Below, one piece after another: positions 19,017-28,480 of a DNA stretch of 64,000 nucleotides. Position 1 is the first letter of the stretch, and each line of letters starts with the position of its first letter. The notes under the pieces are model-generated. The model saw only the letters and a program-made list of their open reading frames with translations, was not told where the DNA came from and did not search any database. The position numbers and the translations under genes are program-made. This stretch comes from Pirellulales bacterium (lineage in GTDB: Bacteria; Planctomycetota; Planctomycetia; Pirellulales; JALHPA01): positions 5,641-69,640 of the forward strand of contig JBGSSS010000136.1 of the NCBI GenBank assembly GCA_041736895.1, given 5' to 3'.

Positions 19017-19784
19017 ATGTTTTTGATTGATCGAATTATGACCTCGCGACTGCTAATCACACGATTACTGACCTCGGTTTCACTGCTCGGCGGGGCCGCT
19101 CTGGGCACAACCTGGGCACAGACACCTGCTGCGGCTTCGACTGCGCCGGCCAAAAAAGCCGAAGCGGCTGCCGACAGCAAGACCACGGCCGAAAGTCAAG
19201 TTCCGGTCAAACCGCTCAAGAACAACGACGAGCCAAAGTCGCCGTCCGAGCTCAGCGAACTCGAGCAAACGGACCGCGAGGCGGCGGCGTGGGGCTTTGT
19301 GATGAAGCATCATCCGCAGCTTGGCGAGGTTCTGAGCCGGCTCAAAATCATGCACCTCGGCCAGTACGAAAAGGCGATCAACCAAATCACCATCGCCGCT
19401 GAACGGATCAGCCGGATGCAAAAGCAGGACAAAGCGCGCGGCGAACTGGAGCTCGAGGATTGGAAGCTCGCTTCGCAAATTCAACTGGCGGCCGCAAAGC
19501 TCAGCCTGGCGAACGAAGACGCCGAACTGCGGCAAGAACTCGCCAAGATCGTCCGCAAGCAGTTGGAGCATCGGCTGAAGGTCACCGAGTACGAACGCGA
19601 CCGTGTGCAAGCCCGGCTGAAAGTTCTCGACGAACAAGTCGCCAAGCAAAAAGAAGCCCTGGCCAACTCGGCCGAACTCCGCGTCAACGAAATGCTCCGC
19701 GAGATCAGCCGAACGCGGAAGAATCTCCAAGCCGAGAATAACAACAATCCCAAGAAGCCGCTGAAGACGAAATCGGCAGAGTAA
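19017..19784 (+). CDS. secreted coiled-coil protein, unknown function
   Basis: Signal-like N-terminus (LLTSVSLLGGAALGTTWAQ) and a long charged heptad-like region. It is third in the sigma/anti-sigma operon. Confidence 0.55.
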   Translation: MFLIDRIMTSRLLITRLLTSVSLLGGAALGTTWAQTPAAASTAPAKKAEAAADSKTTAESQVPVKPLKNNDEPKSPSELSELEQTDREAAAWGFVMKHHPQLGEVLSRLKIMHLGQYEKAINQITIAAERISRMQKQDKARGELELEDWKLASQIQLAAAKLSLANEDAELRQELAKIVRKQLEHRLKVTEYERDRVQARLKVLDEQVAKQKEALANSAELRVNEMLREISRTRKNLQAENNNNPKKPLKTKSAE

Positions 19785-19797
19785 CGTTCTGCTTATG

Positions 19798-19942
19798 AAG
19801 ACTTTTTTGCCACTGATAAAGACTGATTAATTTCTGATTTGCACTGATCTGAAAAAAGTGATTGAAGCAGAAACATTTATTTCTAACTTTCAGATCAGTG
19901 AAAATCCGTTCCTGATCCGCGTTAATCAGTGGCAAAAATCTT
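19798..19942. mobile_element. MITE-like AT-rich palindromic element, family B (GCCACTGAT ends), copy 1
   Basis: Terminal inverted repeats are aagacttttttgccactgat and atcagtggcaaaaatctt. An inner 13-bp inverted repeat is cactgatctgaaa / tttcagatcagtg. CTGAT motifs occur at 19813, 19823, 19834 and 19844, about 10.5 bp apart. The element lies between convergent genes. Confidence 0.5.
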
Positions 19943-19949
19943 TCGCCGC

Positions 19950-21350
19950 TCAATCCACCGGCGGTCCGAGAGCCGATTCGGTCGCCGTGTTTGTCGCAAG
20001 CGCAACCTCGGCCTCTTTCGGGCGCCGCCAACCGGGTAACAACGTCACCAACGGCAGCGTGCAGAGCCGCCCGATGCCGGACATAAAGAACACGACGTAA
20101 TACCCGGTCGTGCTCGTGCCAAAGGCATACAGCAGCCACCCGCCGAACAGTGACCCCAGGACGCTCGACAGCGCGTAGCCCAGGTTATAAGCCGTCAGGA
20201 CATTCGTCCGCCGTTCGACAGGAATCGTTTCGATAAAGATCAGCATGATCGCCAACTCGAACGCGCCCCAGCTCAATCCGGCGGCGATTTGCACGATGCA
20301 GAGAAACCAAATCTCGCGCGAGCACAACCACAACGCCGGCAAGGGGATCATGACGCAGCCGCTGACGATCAGGAGCGTTCGCACGCCATACTTATTCGCG
20401 AAGCGCGCGGCGAACGGCATGACGAGCGCCTTGGCCAAGATCGACATCCCGAGCACGAGCGTGTACTCGCGGTAACTGACCTGCATGTCCTTGAGCATGT
20501 ACGGCGTGAAGAACGGCCCGGCGATTTGCGCCGTCGCGTACATGATCCAGAGATACGCCAAGAGCGGTCCCGAACAGCCGCGCTTCCACATCCCGCGCAG
20601 TTCCGCCCAGTCGATTCCTCGCAGCGCGCGCTCCGGCCGTTGCCGTTCCGACTTCGCCATCAAACACAACACCGAACAAAACCGGCACAGTCCGGCGATC
20701 GCAAAGAGCGCGAGAAATACTCGCAACTCCAGGCCCGATGCTTTGCCATATTGGAGCAGCTCGCCGCCGCCAAGAAATGCGATCAATAAAACGACCTGGC
20801 CCACGCGCGTGCGCTTGGCGAGGTAATTGCTGCGCATCTCGGCCGGGACGATGTTCGTGATCCAGGCATTCCACGCCGGGCCGGCCGCGAGGCCTGCGCC
20901 CCAATAAAAACTGGCAATCGTGAACAGCAGCCACACGGGTATGCTGCCGACAATCGCCGCAAACAAGAGCGGGATGAAGCTCAGTGCTTGGATCATGCTA
21001 CAGCCGACGACCCATTGCCGATGCGACCCGAGCCGCTGCACGGCCCAAGGCGTGATCAACTGCAGTGCTGCTCCCGCCAAGAGCGGAATCGTGATGATCC
21101 AACCCGCGACAGTGTCCGAGCAACCAAGCGCAAGCGAGAAGGCCGAAAGATATTGCTCGCCGACGCCTACCATCACGCTGTAGAACGCGACGTCGCCGAT
21201 CGAGAGACTCAGATTTCTGGCTAGGTCCGGATCGCGTTTTGGCGTGGTCGGGGGCGAACTGGCAGAACGTGAAGACGAAGGGGTGGGGCGAGCAAGGCGG
21301 GAAGGACGATGACGCAAACGGGCGATCAACTCAGCACCAAACTTCTGCAA
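19950..21350 (-). CDS. MFS transporter
   Basis: 466-aa polytopic membrane protein with about 12 hydrophobic segments and a long central loop, the typical MFS layout. Confidence 0.8.
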   Translation of the reverse strand: MQKFGAELIARLRHRPSRLARPTPSSSRSASSPPTTPKRDPDLARNLSLSIGDVAFYSVMVGVGEQYLSAFSLALGCSDTVAGWIITIPLLAGAALQLITPWAVQRLGSHRQWVVGCSMIQALSFIPLLFAAIVGSIPVWLLFTIASFYWGAGLAAGPAWNAWITNIVPAEMRSNYLAKRTRVGQVVLLIAFLGGGELLQYGKASGLELRVFLALFAIAGLCRFCSVLCLMAKSERQRPERALRGIDWAELRGMWKRGCSGPLLAYLWIMYATAQIAGPFFTPYMLKDMQVSYREYTLVLGMSILAKALVMPFAARFANKYGVRTLLIVSGCVMIPLPALWLCSREIWFLCIVQIAAGLSWGAFELAIMLIFIETIPVERRTNVLTAYNLGYALSSVLGSLFGGWLLYAFGTSTTGYYVVFFMSGIGRLCTLPLVTLLPGWRRPKEAEVALATNTATESALGPPVD

Positions 21351-21602
21351 AAGATTCGCGGGAGCCGCGACACGATGACCGGGTCGCAGCGACTTAAGGG
21401 AGTGAAATGGTATCCCCAGGGTTCGCGCGAACCAAGATCATACGACATTTTGGCGGAGTCCCGCGACAGCATGTCGCGATCTCCGCAAGAATGTCCTATT
21501 TCAGACAGATAGCAGACAGTTTTGCTAGCGAGAATTCTTGTACGTAAGATGCCGGGCGTGTACGCACCGGCTAAGCGGGTAAGGCTTTGCCTGACGTGCA
21601 AA

Positions 21603-22715
21603 TTACGACTTTTGTCCCACCAAAAATCCGCAATGCACGAGCGTCGCTCGCGGTTCAGAGACACTTAGCCCGGCTTCCGTGAGCCACGCGCGATACTCCG
21701 CCGCGCTGTAGGCCCGGCCTTCGGTCAGCGTGAAGAGTGCCGCCGAGTAGAGTGCGATCGGCAGCGGGCCGTCGAGCGCGTCGTTCAAGAAAACGTCGTG
21801 GATCAAGAGTCGCCCGCCGGATGAGAGACTCGAGGCGCACTTGCCAACGAGCGCGCGGCATTCTGGCACATCCCAATCGTGCAAAATGTTCGAGACCAGC
21901 ATCGCATCGGCCGCTGGCACCGGATCGTTAAACATGTCGCCCGGCATAAGTTCCAGCCGATCCGCGACGCCGTACTGCGCGGCGAACTCGGCGGCGACGC
22001 GTAACACCTCGGGCCGATCCCAGACAATCGCGCGCAGGTTAGGGTACTGCTGCAAACAAGCGATGCTGTAGATCCCCGTCCCGCCGCCGACATCGAGCAG
22101 GACTTGTGCGTTCTCAAGCTGTGCTTCGCGGGCAAGGGCAGGGGCCACATTCTTCGCGCGGCCGGCGAGGGCCAGCGTCAACATCCGCGCGGCGCCGGTG
22201 TCTTCCATTGCCGACGACGAATCGGGGCGATAGATGAACGCGGTTCCTTTGTCGGTCGTCTGCGTCGGCGCAAACGCTCCGGCGGCTGAACTTGCGGACT
22301 TTTCTTCTTCCGCCTCGCTGCCCACCGGGCGATTCGACTTCAAACAATCTCGCAGGGCGATCACGCCAGCGCTGTCTGCGGCAAGGCCGATGTAATCGCC
22401 AATATAAAACGGGCCGCCGCGCAGCAAGTGCTCGCTCGCCAACGGTGTCAGCGCGAGATTCCCCAGCCCATCACGCGCGAGCAAACCCATTGCCGCGAGC
22501 GCGGTGCTCAGCACAGTCATCGGACGCGGGGCCAAGCCTAAACGCGCGGCAACCTCGAGTTCAGAGAGAGGCCCGACGGCCAATTGCTCGAAGATCGGCA
22601 AGTGCGCGACCGCGATGGTCAACAACTCGGTCGCATACGCGCCGCGAAAGATTTCAAAGATCGGCGTCGGATCAAGATCCGGCGTTTCAGTGGCAAGGCG
22701 AGGGTATTCGGGCAT
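21603..22715 (-). CDS. SAM-dependent O-methyltransferase (dimerisation domain plus class I MTase)
   Basis: SAM motif I LLDVGGGTGIYSIA, a later DMLVSNILHDW segment, and an N-terminal winged-helix-like dimerisation region. Confidence 0.8.
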   Translation of the reverse strand: MPEYPRLATETPDLDPTPIFEIFRGAYATELLTIAVAHLPIFEQLAVGPLSELEVAARLGLAPRPMTVLSTALAAMGLLARDGLGNLALTPLASEHLLRGGPFYIGDYIGLAADSAGVIALRDCLKSNRPVGSEAEEEKSASSAAGAFAPTQTTDKGTAFIYRPDSSSAMEDTGAARMLTLALAGRAKNVAPALAREAQLENAQVLLDVGGGTGIYSIACLQQYPNLRAIVWDRPEVLRVAAEFAAQYGVADRLELMPGDMFNDPVPAADAMLVSNILHDWDVPECRALVGKCASSLSSGGRLLIHDVFLNDALDGPLPIALYSAALFTLTEGRAYSAAEYRAWLTEAGLSVSEPRATLVHCGFLVGQKS

Positions 22716-22747
22716 TGAAGTATTGACGAAGTCAGTTTCTTAGAATT

Positions 22748-23245
22748 TCAACCACCGCCATAGCGTCGTTCGAACTTTCGGATTTCTCGCGGAGTCAATT
22801 CGAGATCAATCCGCGGTTGCTGTTGAAATACATCCAATTCGCAACCGGCCTCAAACGGAAATAGGCCATTACTGTCAGGCCAGAAGACTTGCATCGCTTC
22901 CAACTCACCCCAACGTCCAATCCGCCTACAAAAGCCCATCGCAAAGCCTAAATAGACTTGTTGCTGGGTCTCATGAACTCGTCGCAGACCGATTCGATGC
23001 TTTGTACCATCGATTTCGATTTCCACGATTCCTGGCTCGTTGTATTTGATACCAGTCGCAAGTTTTTGAATCAGTTTATCAAACAGGTAGTAAGAATTGT
23101 CACTATCAAGTCCAAAGACAATAAGCTCCGGATGATCGTAGGTCTTCATCAAGCCAACGCTATAACGGAAAGGCGGTCGCGCATCACTGACATTAAGCAG
23201 TGAGTAACCATACTTCTCAACATCATCGGCAATTTCTTCATCCAT
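22748..23245 (-). CDS. DUF4262 domain protein
   Basis: PPFRYSVGLMKTYDHPELIVFGL matches the characteristic DUF4262 core as I remember it. G+C is lower than the neighbours. Confidence 0.6.
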   Translation of the reverse strand: MDEEIADDVEKYGYSLLNVSDARPPFRYSVGLMKTYDHPELIVFGLDSDNSYYLFDKLIQKLATGIKYNEPGIVEIEIDGTKHRIGLRRVHETQQQVYLGFAMGFCRRIGRWGELEAMQVFWPDSNGLFPFEAGCELDVFQQQPRIDLELTPREIRKFERRYGGG

Positions 23246-23285
23246 CGGAGCTTCTCCATTCTGCGTTATAAGTTAGTTGGATGAT

Positions 23286-23936
23286 TTACGACTTCCCGCG
23301 CACCTCGCGCACAATCTGCGTGTACTTCTTCGCCAGTTCCGTGATGTCCCCGAACCGGCGTTCGGCGATCGCCTTCGGATCCGCGAGCGAACTGCCGATG
23401 CCGAGGGCGCATGCACCGGCTTTCAAAAAGTCCGCCGCCGTTTGCAGCGTCACGCCGCCCGTTGGCATCAGGCGAATCTGCGGCAGCGGACCGCGTAGGG
23501 CCTTGAGATACGCCGGGCCGGTGATTTCGCTGGGGAAGACCTTGACCACGTCCGCGCCGGCTTGCCACGCGGTGAGAATTTCCGTGGGGCTGAATGCGCC
23601 GGGCATCACAAGTGTGCCGTAGCGTTTGCACATTTCGATCGTCGCCAGATTCAAACACGGCGAAACGATGTATCGCGCGCCGGCGAGCAGCGCGATGCGC
23701 GCCGTCTCGGGATCGAGCACCGTGCCCGCCCCGACGAGCATCTTGTCGCCTAAGCGGTTCGCGACGCTTTCGATGACGCGATGAGCTTGCGGGACGGTGA
23801 ACGTGATCTCGATCGCGTTGACGCCGCCGGCGAGCAAGGCTTCAGCCACGTCGGCAAGCACCTCGCCTGAGTCGGCGCGGATCACGGCGACGACGCCACC
23901 ATGGAGTAGTTTATGCAGGTCTTCAGCTGCGCTCAT
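23286..23936 (-). CDS. eda: 2-dehydro-3-deoxyphosphogluconate / 4-hydroxy-2-oxoglutarate aldolase
   Basis: VVAVIRA, IEITF, GAGTV, VKVFPS (Schiff-base Lys) and PTGGV. I chose the start at 23936 (MSAAEDL). Confidence 0.85.
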   Translation of the reverse strand: MSAAEDLHKLLHGGVVAVIRADSGEVLADVAEALLAGGVNAIEITFTVPQAHRVIESVANRLGDKMLVGAGTVLDPETARIALLAGARYIVSPCLNLATIEMCKRYGTLVMPGAFSPTEILTAWQAGADVVKVFPSEITGPAYLKALRGPLPQIRLMPTGGVTLQTAADFLKAGACALGIGSSLADPKAIAERRFGDITELAKKYTQIVREVRGKS

Positions 23937-24253
23937 TGGAGAAGAATGAAGTAGTAAGAAGGAAGGAGGAAGAATAAGACTGCGTTCTTCCGTTAACGAT
24001 ACAGCATGACCAAGAAGGCCCGTGCTAGCAAGTTCCCTGCCTTTATCTGTGTTCATCTGTGTCTATCTGTGGCTCGTATTTCTCTTTGCTAGCGATAGAA
24101 AAGTCGCGGCAATTGAACGTCTTTAAGCAATCGTGCGAACCGGTTCAAGCCGTTGCCGCGCTGGCTCCGATACCAAACAAGGAGACTCCGCGCTGTCCTT
24201 GTGCGCGCACGGAGTTCTAAGGACAGAACGCGGCCCAGGGAATGGACTGCTGC

Positions 24254-26638
24254 ATGCGTCGTTGGCTTCACATCGCGAGTTGGATTGGACTATTGCCAAG
24301 CTTGGCAATTGCCCTAAGTCCGGCCGCGCACGCGCAGTGGGGAGCAAAAGCTCCGGCCGCAGCGACGCCGGCAGCACCAGCAGCAACAGCCGCGCCGGGG
24401 AACATGCCGCAAGCGATCTCGACGCGGCAGAATGCCTTCGCGATCCCCTACACGATTCCGGTGCCGAAGACGCCCGCCGAAATGCCGGCCGAGATTCGGC
24501 TCTTTGTCAGTTCCGACCAGGGCAAGTCGTGGCAAGTCGCCGAGGCGACCAAACTCGGCGCAATCACCGAAACGCAGCGCGGGCAATTCACGTTCCGCGC
24601 GCCGGGCGATGCCGAATACTGGTTCGCGATTCGCACCGTCGATCGCGCAGGGCAACTGCGCGGCGGCCGCAACGGACCAGAGTTGCGAGTGATCGTCGAT
24701 GCCCAGCCGCCGGTCATCAAGCTCGATGCCCAGCGCGGGGCGGCGGGTGAGATCGCGATTCGTTATGAAATCTCCGATGCGGCGTTGCAGCCGCAGTCGC
24801 TCGCACTGAGCTACCAACTCGCCGGCATGACTGACTGGCGCAGTGTCTCGTTCGACAAACCGTTAGGGGCCGTCCCAGAAAAACCGCTGCAAGGCTCGAC
24901 CACCTTCTGGCCGGAAAGGGCGGGTGTCGAGATGCAAGTTCGGCTCGAGATTCTCGATGCGGCGGGCAACCCCGGCGTTTCGCAAGTGGCCGTGCCCGTT
25001 GCGCAAGGCGTGCCAGCACAGCCGGTGGCGCGAAACATGAACGAGGCAACGACGCCATGGACAGGCCAGCCAACGAATCAGCAACCATCCGCAGCGCCGC
25101 CGCCAGCACTACCGCCAAACTATGGCCAGCAAAATCCGGCGTTGAACAATTCGGCAATGGTTCCGCGAACTGGGATGCGAAACGACGATCCGCCGCCAGC
25201 GTTTCCGTTTGGCGACACGAGCCAGCCGAGCGGAACACGCTGGAACGACGTGACCAATGCGACGCCTGCGCGTAACGTGTCGTCGCCTGCGCCGACGTTG
25301 GCTCCGCCGCAGTACTCACTTGCTCCTCCAACGCCGCCTTCGATTGCAGGGACGTCAAACGGTCCAGCGTTGTTTGGCCCGCAAGACAACCCGCCGGCGT
25401 ATCCCGGCCCTACAAACACAAGCCCAGCGTACACGGCACCTTCGAACATCAGCATCTCGCCGCCGATACCAGGGCAGCCGCAACTCGCGCAACAGCAACC
25501 ACTGGCAAGTCCGGTCGCTCCGCGAGTCGAAAGCCGCGTCACGGGACCAAGTAATGCAACGCCGTACGAACCAGCGCCATTGACGGGCCTACGCGATTAT
25601 CGTTTGCCGACCGGCGAGCAGCCGCGGATGGTCAATGGCCGAACGTTTGAGTGGGACTATGAACTCGAGTCCGTCGGCGCGGCGGGCATCGCCAAGATCG
25701 AACTCTGGATGACACGCGACGGCGGAAATTCGTGGGCGAGTGTCGGCGTCGATCCCGACAACCGCAGCCCGGTGCGCACGATGGTCGATGGCGAAGGTCT
25801 CTTCGGCTATCGCATGACGGTGCAAAGCGCTGGCGGCGCGCAGCCTCGCGCGCCGCAGTCCGGCGAGCAGCCCGAGATGTGGATCGGCGTCGATTTGACG
25901 AAACCCTACGCGCGGCTGTTGAATGCCGAACTCGGTCAAGGTTCCGCGCTGGGCGAGATTGCGATCACCTGGGAGGCCAAGGACGCGCTGCTCGCGCGAC
26001 AGCCGGTTTCGCTGGCTTTTTCAGAACGCCGCGAAGGGCCTTGGACGACGATCGCCGCGGGCCTAGAAAATACCGGCCGTTATGCGTGGCGCTACGATTC
26101 GCAAACACCGGAACGGCTCTATCTTAGGCTCGAAGTTCGTGACGAAGCGGGCAACATCGGCGTCTCGGAATCGATCGAACCGCTGTCGCTAGAGCGCACG
26201 AACCCCGCAGTCAAACTCCGCAACGTGCGGCCAGTGCAAGAAGGAATCCCCCAATCGCGCATCACACCGGTGCCAAGTGCTGGGCCCGCGACGAGTCCAG
26301 CGTCACGCGCTATCGCGGCGCTACCGCAACCCGGGGTAAACACGACGATTCCCGCGAGAACTAGCAATCCTGCCACGACGCAAGCGAGTGGGCCGGTTGC
26401 GGCCGGGCCGTTGCCGATCGTGCTGCCATCGCCGGCTTCGATGTCGTCGTCGCCGACGCCTGCAACCGTGATCAACAATACGGCAGCATCTTCAGCGAAT
26501 ACTCGATCGCCCACCAACAACCGTACAACGACTTCAACAACGCCGCGCTCGACGATCTGGTCAACGCCGACGAATTCAAATCCCGAAGTGATGACGAATC
26601 CGTATCTTCAGCAAAATACGGGGACGATTCGTCGCTAG
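24254..26638 (+). CDS. large secreted protein with an internally duplicated module carrying Asp-box-like motifs, plus Pro-rich linkers
   Basis: Signal peptide MRRWLHIASWIGLLPSLAIALSPAAHAQ. There are two similar modules (SSDQGKSW ... AGEIAIRYEISDAAL ... LEILDAAGNPG and TRDGGNSW ... LGEIAITWEAKDALL ... LEVRDEAGNIG). Confidence 0.65.
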   Translation: MRRWLHIASWIGLLPSLAIALSPAAHAQWGAKAPAAATPAAPAATAAPGNMPQAISTRQNAFAIPYTIPVPKTPAEMPAEIRLFVSSDQGKSWQVAEATKLGAITETQRGQFTFRAPGDAEYWFAIRTVDRAGQLRGGRNGPELRVIVDAQPPVIKLDAQRGAAGEIAIRYEISDAALQPQSLALSYQLAGMTDWRSVSFDKPLGAVPEKPLQGSTTFWPERAGVEMQVRLEILDAAGNPGVSQVAVPVAQGVPAQPVARNMNEATTPWTGQPTNQQPSAAPPPALPPNYGQQNPALNNSAMVPRTGMRNDDPPPAFPFGDTSQPSGTRWNDVTNATPARNVSSPAPTLAPPQYSLAPPTPPSIAGTSNGPALFGPQDNPPAYPGPTNTSPAYTAPSNISISPPIPGQPQLAQQQPLASPVAPRVESRVTGPSNATPYEPAPLTGLRDYRLPTGEQPRMVNGRTFEWDYELESVGAAGIAKIELWMTRDGGNSWASVGVDPDNRSPVRTMVDGEGLFGYRMTVQSAGGAQPRAPQSGEQPEMWIGVDLTKPYARLLNAELGQGSALGEIAITWEAKDALLARQPVSLAFSERREGPWTTIAAGLENTGRYAWRYDSQTPERLYLRLEVRDEAGNIGVSESIEPLSLERTNPAVKLRNVRPVQEGIPQSRITPVPSAGPATSPASRAIAALPQPGVNTTIPARTSNPATTQASGPVAAGPLPIVLPSPASMSSSPTPATVINNTAASSANTRSPTNNRTTTSTTPRSTIWSTPTNSNPEVMTNPYLQQNTGTIRR

Positions 26639-26699
26639 AAATCGCTATGACGCAAGCGGCTGCGTACCCTACCGCTTGCGTCATAGCCACTTGCTTTTC

Positions 26700-28316
26700 T
26701 TAGACCGATTTGCCGTCTGCGGCCCCATTTGTAGAAGCGACTGGAACGGATGTTGAAGAACTCTCGCCGCCGGTCATTTTGACAAACGATTCCGGCAGTT
26801 CGATCCCGCCGACGTCTTTCAGAACTTGCATCATCGGCGGCAACGTGCGGGCCATGTTTTGCAAAAAGTTCGTCGTCGCGGTTTGGCCGTCTTTGCCGCC
26901 GCCTTCCCAGACGATGACCTTGTCGAACTTGATGTTGCTGATTGCCAGTGCGCTCGATTCGATCAAGTTGTCGAAGTGTTCGAGCATCATCATTTGGAAC
27001 GCTTCCTTGGCACCGCCGCACGCGGAAATAATTTCGCGCAAGCCTTCGCCCTTCTTGGCCAGGATTTCGTATTGGCCGCGGGCTTCGGCTTCGAGTTTGG
27101 CGAAAATCGCCTTGGCTTCGCCTTCGGCTTCGATGCGGCGCTTTTCGGCGGACGCTTCGGCCTCGACAATCATGCGGGCTTTGTCGGCGCGGGCGGGGGC
27201 TTCGACTTCGGCGCGGCGTTCGGCTTCGACGCGCTCGGCATCGGCAAGAGCCGCTTTGGCCATCGCGCGATTTTGGACTTCCATGACCGCCGCTTCGGCT
27301 TCGCATTTGCGCGTTTCGCCGATTTTATAAGCATCGGCCCGCTTTACCATCAGATCGGCCTGCGACGCGGCAATCGCCGCGTTCGCGATGTTCTCGCCGT
27401 CAATCGCGTTGGCATTGGCCTGCGCGATTTTCACACGCATGTCTTGCTCGGCTAGCTTCACCGCCGATTCGCGCTCGAAGGACGCTTGTTGCTCGGCGAT
27501 CTTTTGTTCTTTGTCGAGCGTCGCAACCCGCACGGCTTGCGCTTGGGCCGCTTCGCGCATGCCGATCTCGCGCATCTTGACGGCGTTGCTGACTTGGATC
27601 GCTTTGTCGCGTTCTTGCTCGGCAACGCGAGTTTCACCGCTCCGTTCCTGTTCGGCGACGTCACCGCGCGCTTGTTGAATCGCGGTGCTGGCCGCCTTTT
27701 GCCCGATGGCGTCGATGTAGCCGCTCTCGTCGGTGATATCAGTAATGTTGACGTTGATCAGGACGAGCCCGACCTTTTTCAATTCCGGCTCGAGCGAACT
27801 GGCGATGTGCGCCTGAAACGTCTCGCGGTCGCGGTTGATGTCTTCGATCTTCATCGAGGCGATCACTTGGCGCAACTGACCGAAGATAATTTCCTCGGCT
27901 TGCTTCTTGACCTGCAAGACATTCAAGCCCAGCAAACGAATCGCGGCGTTGGACATCACCTCGGGCGTCGTGCCGATCGCGACGGTGAAGACGCTCGGGA
28001 CATTGACGCGGATGTTTTCCATCGACAGCGCGCCGCGGAGGGGGACTTCGATCTGAATCGGTTCCAGACTGAGGTACGCGTAATCCTGGATTAACGGCCA
28101 GACGAACGCCGCGCCGCCGTGAATCGTCCGGGCGACGTTCCCGCCACCCGTTTTGCCGTAGATCACGAGAACGCGGTTGCTGGGGCAGCGTTTATAACGC
28201 GACGCCAGCATGAGCAAGACCCCGACCACCAGCACGGCAAAAATCACGACACCCACAAAAAGCCAGAAACCTGTGTTACCCTGGCCAAGACCCACCTGCG
28301 CCCAAAGAAGTGTCAT
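26700..28316 (-). CDS. flotillin-family SPFH/band-7 protein (YqiK-like)
   Basis: N-terminal TM, an SPFH domain, then a long Ala/Glu/Arg-rich coiled coil. 538 aa. Confidence 0.85.
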   Translation of the reverse strand: MTLLWAQVGLGQGNTGFWLFVGVVIFAVLVVGVLLMLASRYKRCPSNRVLVIYGKTGGGNVARTIHGGAAFVWPLIQDYAYLSLEPIQIEVPLRGALSMENIRVNVPSVFTVAIGTTPEVMSNAAIRLLGLNVLQVKKQAEEIIFGQLRQVIASMKIEDINRDRETFQAHIASSLEPELKKVGLVLINVNITDITDESGYIDAIGQKAASTAIQQARGDVAEQERSGETRVAEQERDKAIQVSNAVKMREIGMREAAQAQAVRVATLDKEQKIAEQQASFERESAVKLAEQDMRVKIAQANANAIDGENIANAAIAASQADLMVKRADAYKIGETRKCEAEAAVMEVQNRAMAKAALADAERVEAERRAEVEAPARADKARMIVEAEASAEKRRIEAEGEAKAIFAKLEAEARGQYEILAKKGEGLREIISACGGAKEAFQMMMLEHFDNLIESSALAISNIKFDKVIVWEGGGKDGQTATTNFLQNMARTLPPMMQVLKDVGGIELPESFVKMTGGESSSTSVPVASTNGAADGKSV

Positions 28317-28423
28317 CGGTGTAGCTCTAATGAAATGGCGGAAAAGAAAGGAACGGCTCTAGAGTAGTTGGAGGAGGAGGGGAACTCAAGAAAAACGAGA
28401 CAGTTCAGAACACGAGAAATGCT

Positions 28424-28444
28424 CCCAGGGGGTGAATCCCTGGG
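28424..28444. repeat. CCCAGGG...CCCTGGG hairpin (family with 30118, 39238, 53664) between the NfeD-like and flotillin genes
   Basis: cccaggg ggtgaat ccctggg is followed by CTTTG, as in the other copies. Confidence 0.7.
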
Positions 28445-28480
28445 CTTTGACAGATCCTTTCAAACGACATTCTGTCGCGA

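Noticed and set aside
21351-21602. I searched the intergenic spacers for tRNA or other small RNA genes. One example is the ggttcgcgcgaacc palindrome and cgcgaca-gca-tgtcgcg hairpin in 21351-21602. Another is the T-loop-like GGAGTTCGATCC on the minus strand near 52455.
   Set aside because: No cloverleaf with acceptor stem, D-arm and anticodon arm could be built. The T-loop-like string lies inside the RlmM-like CDS. I found no tRNA, rRNA or tmRNA in the window.
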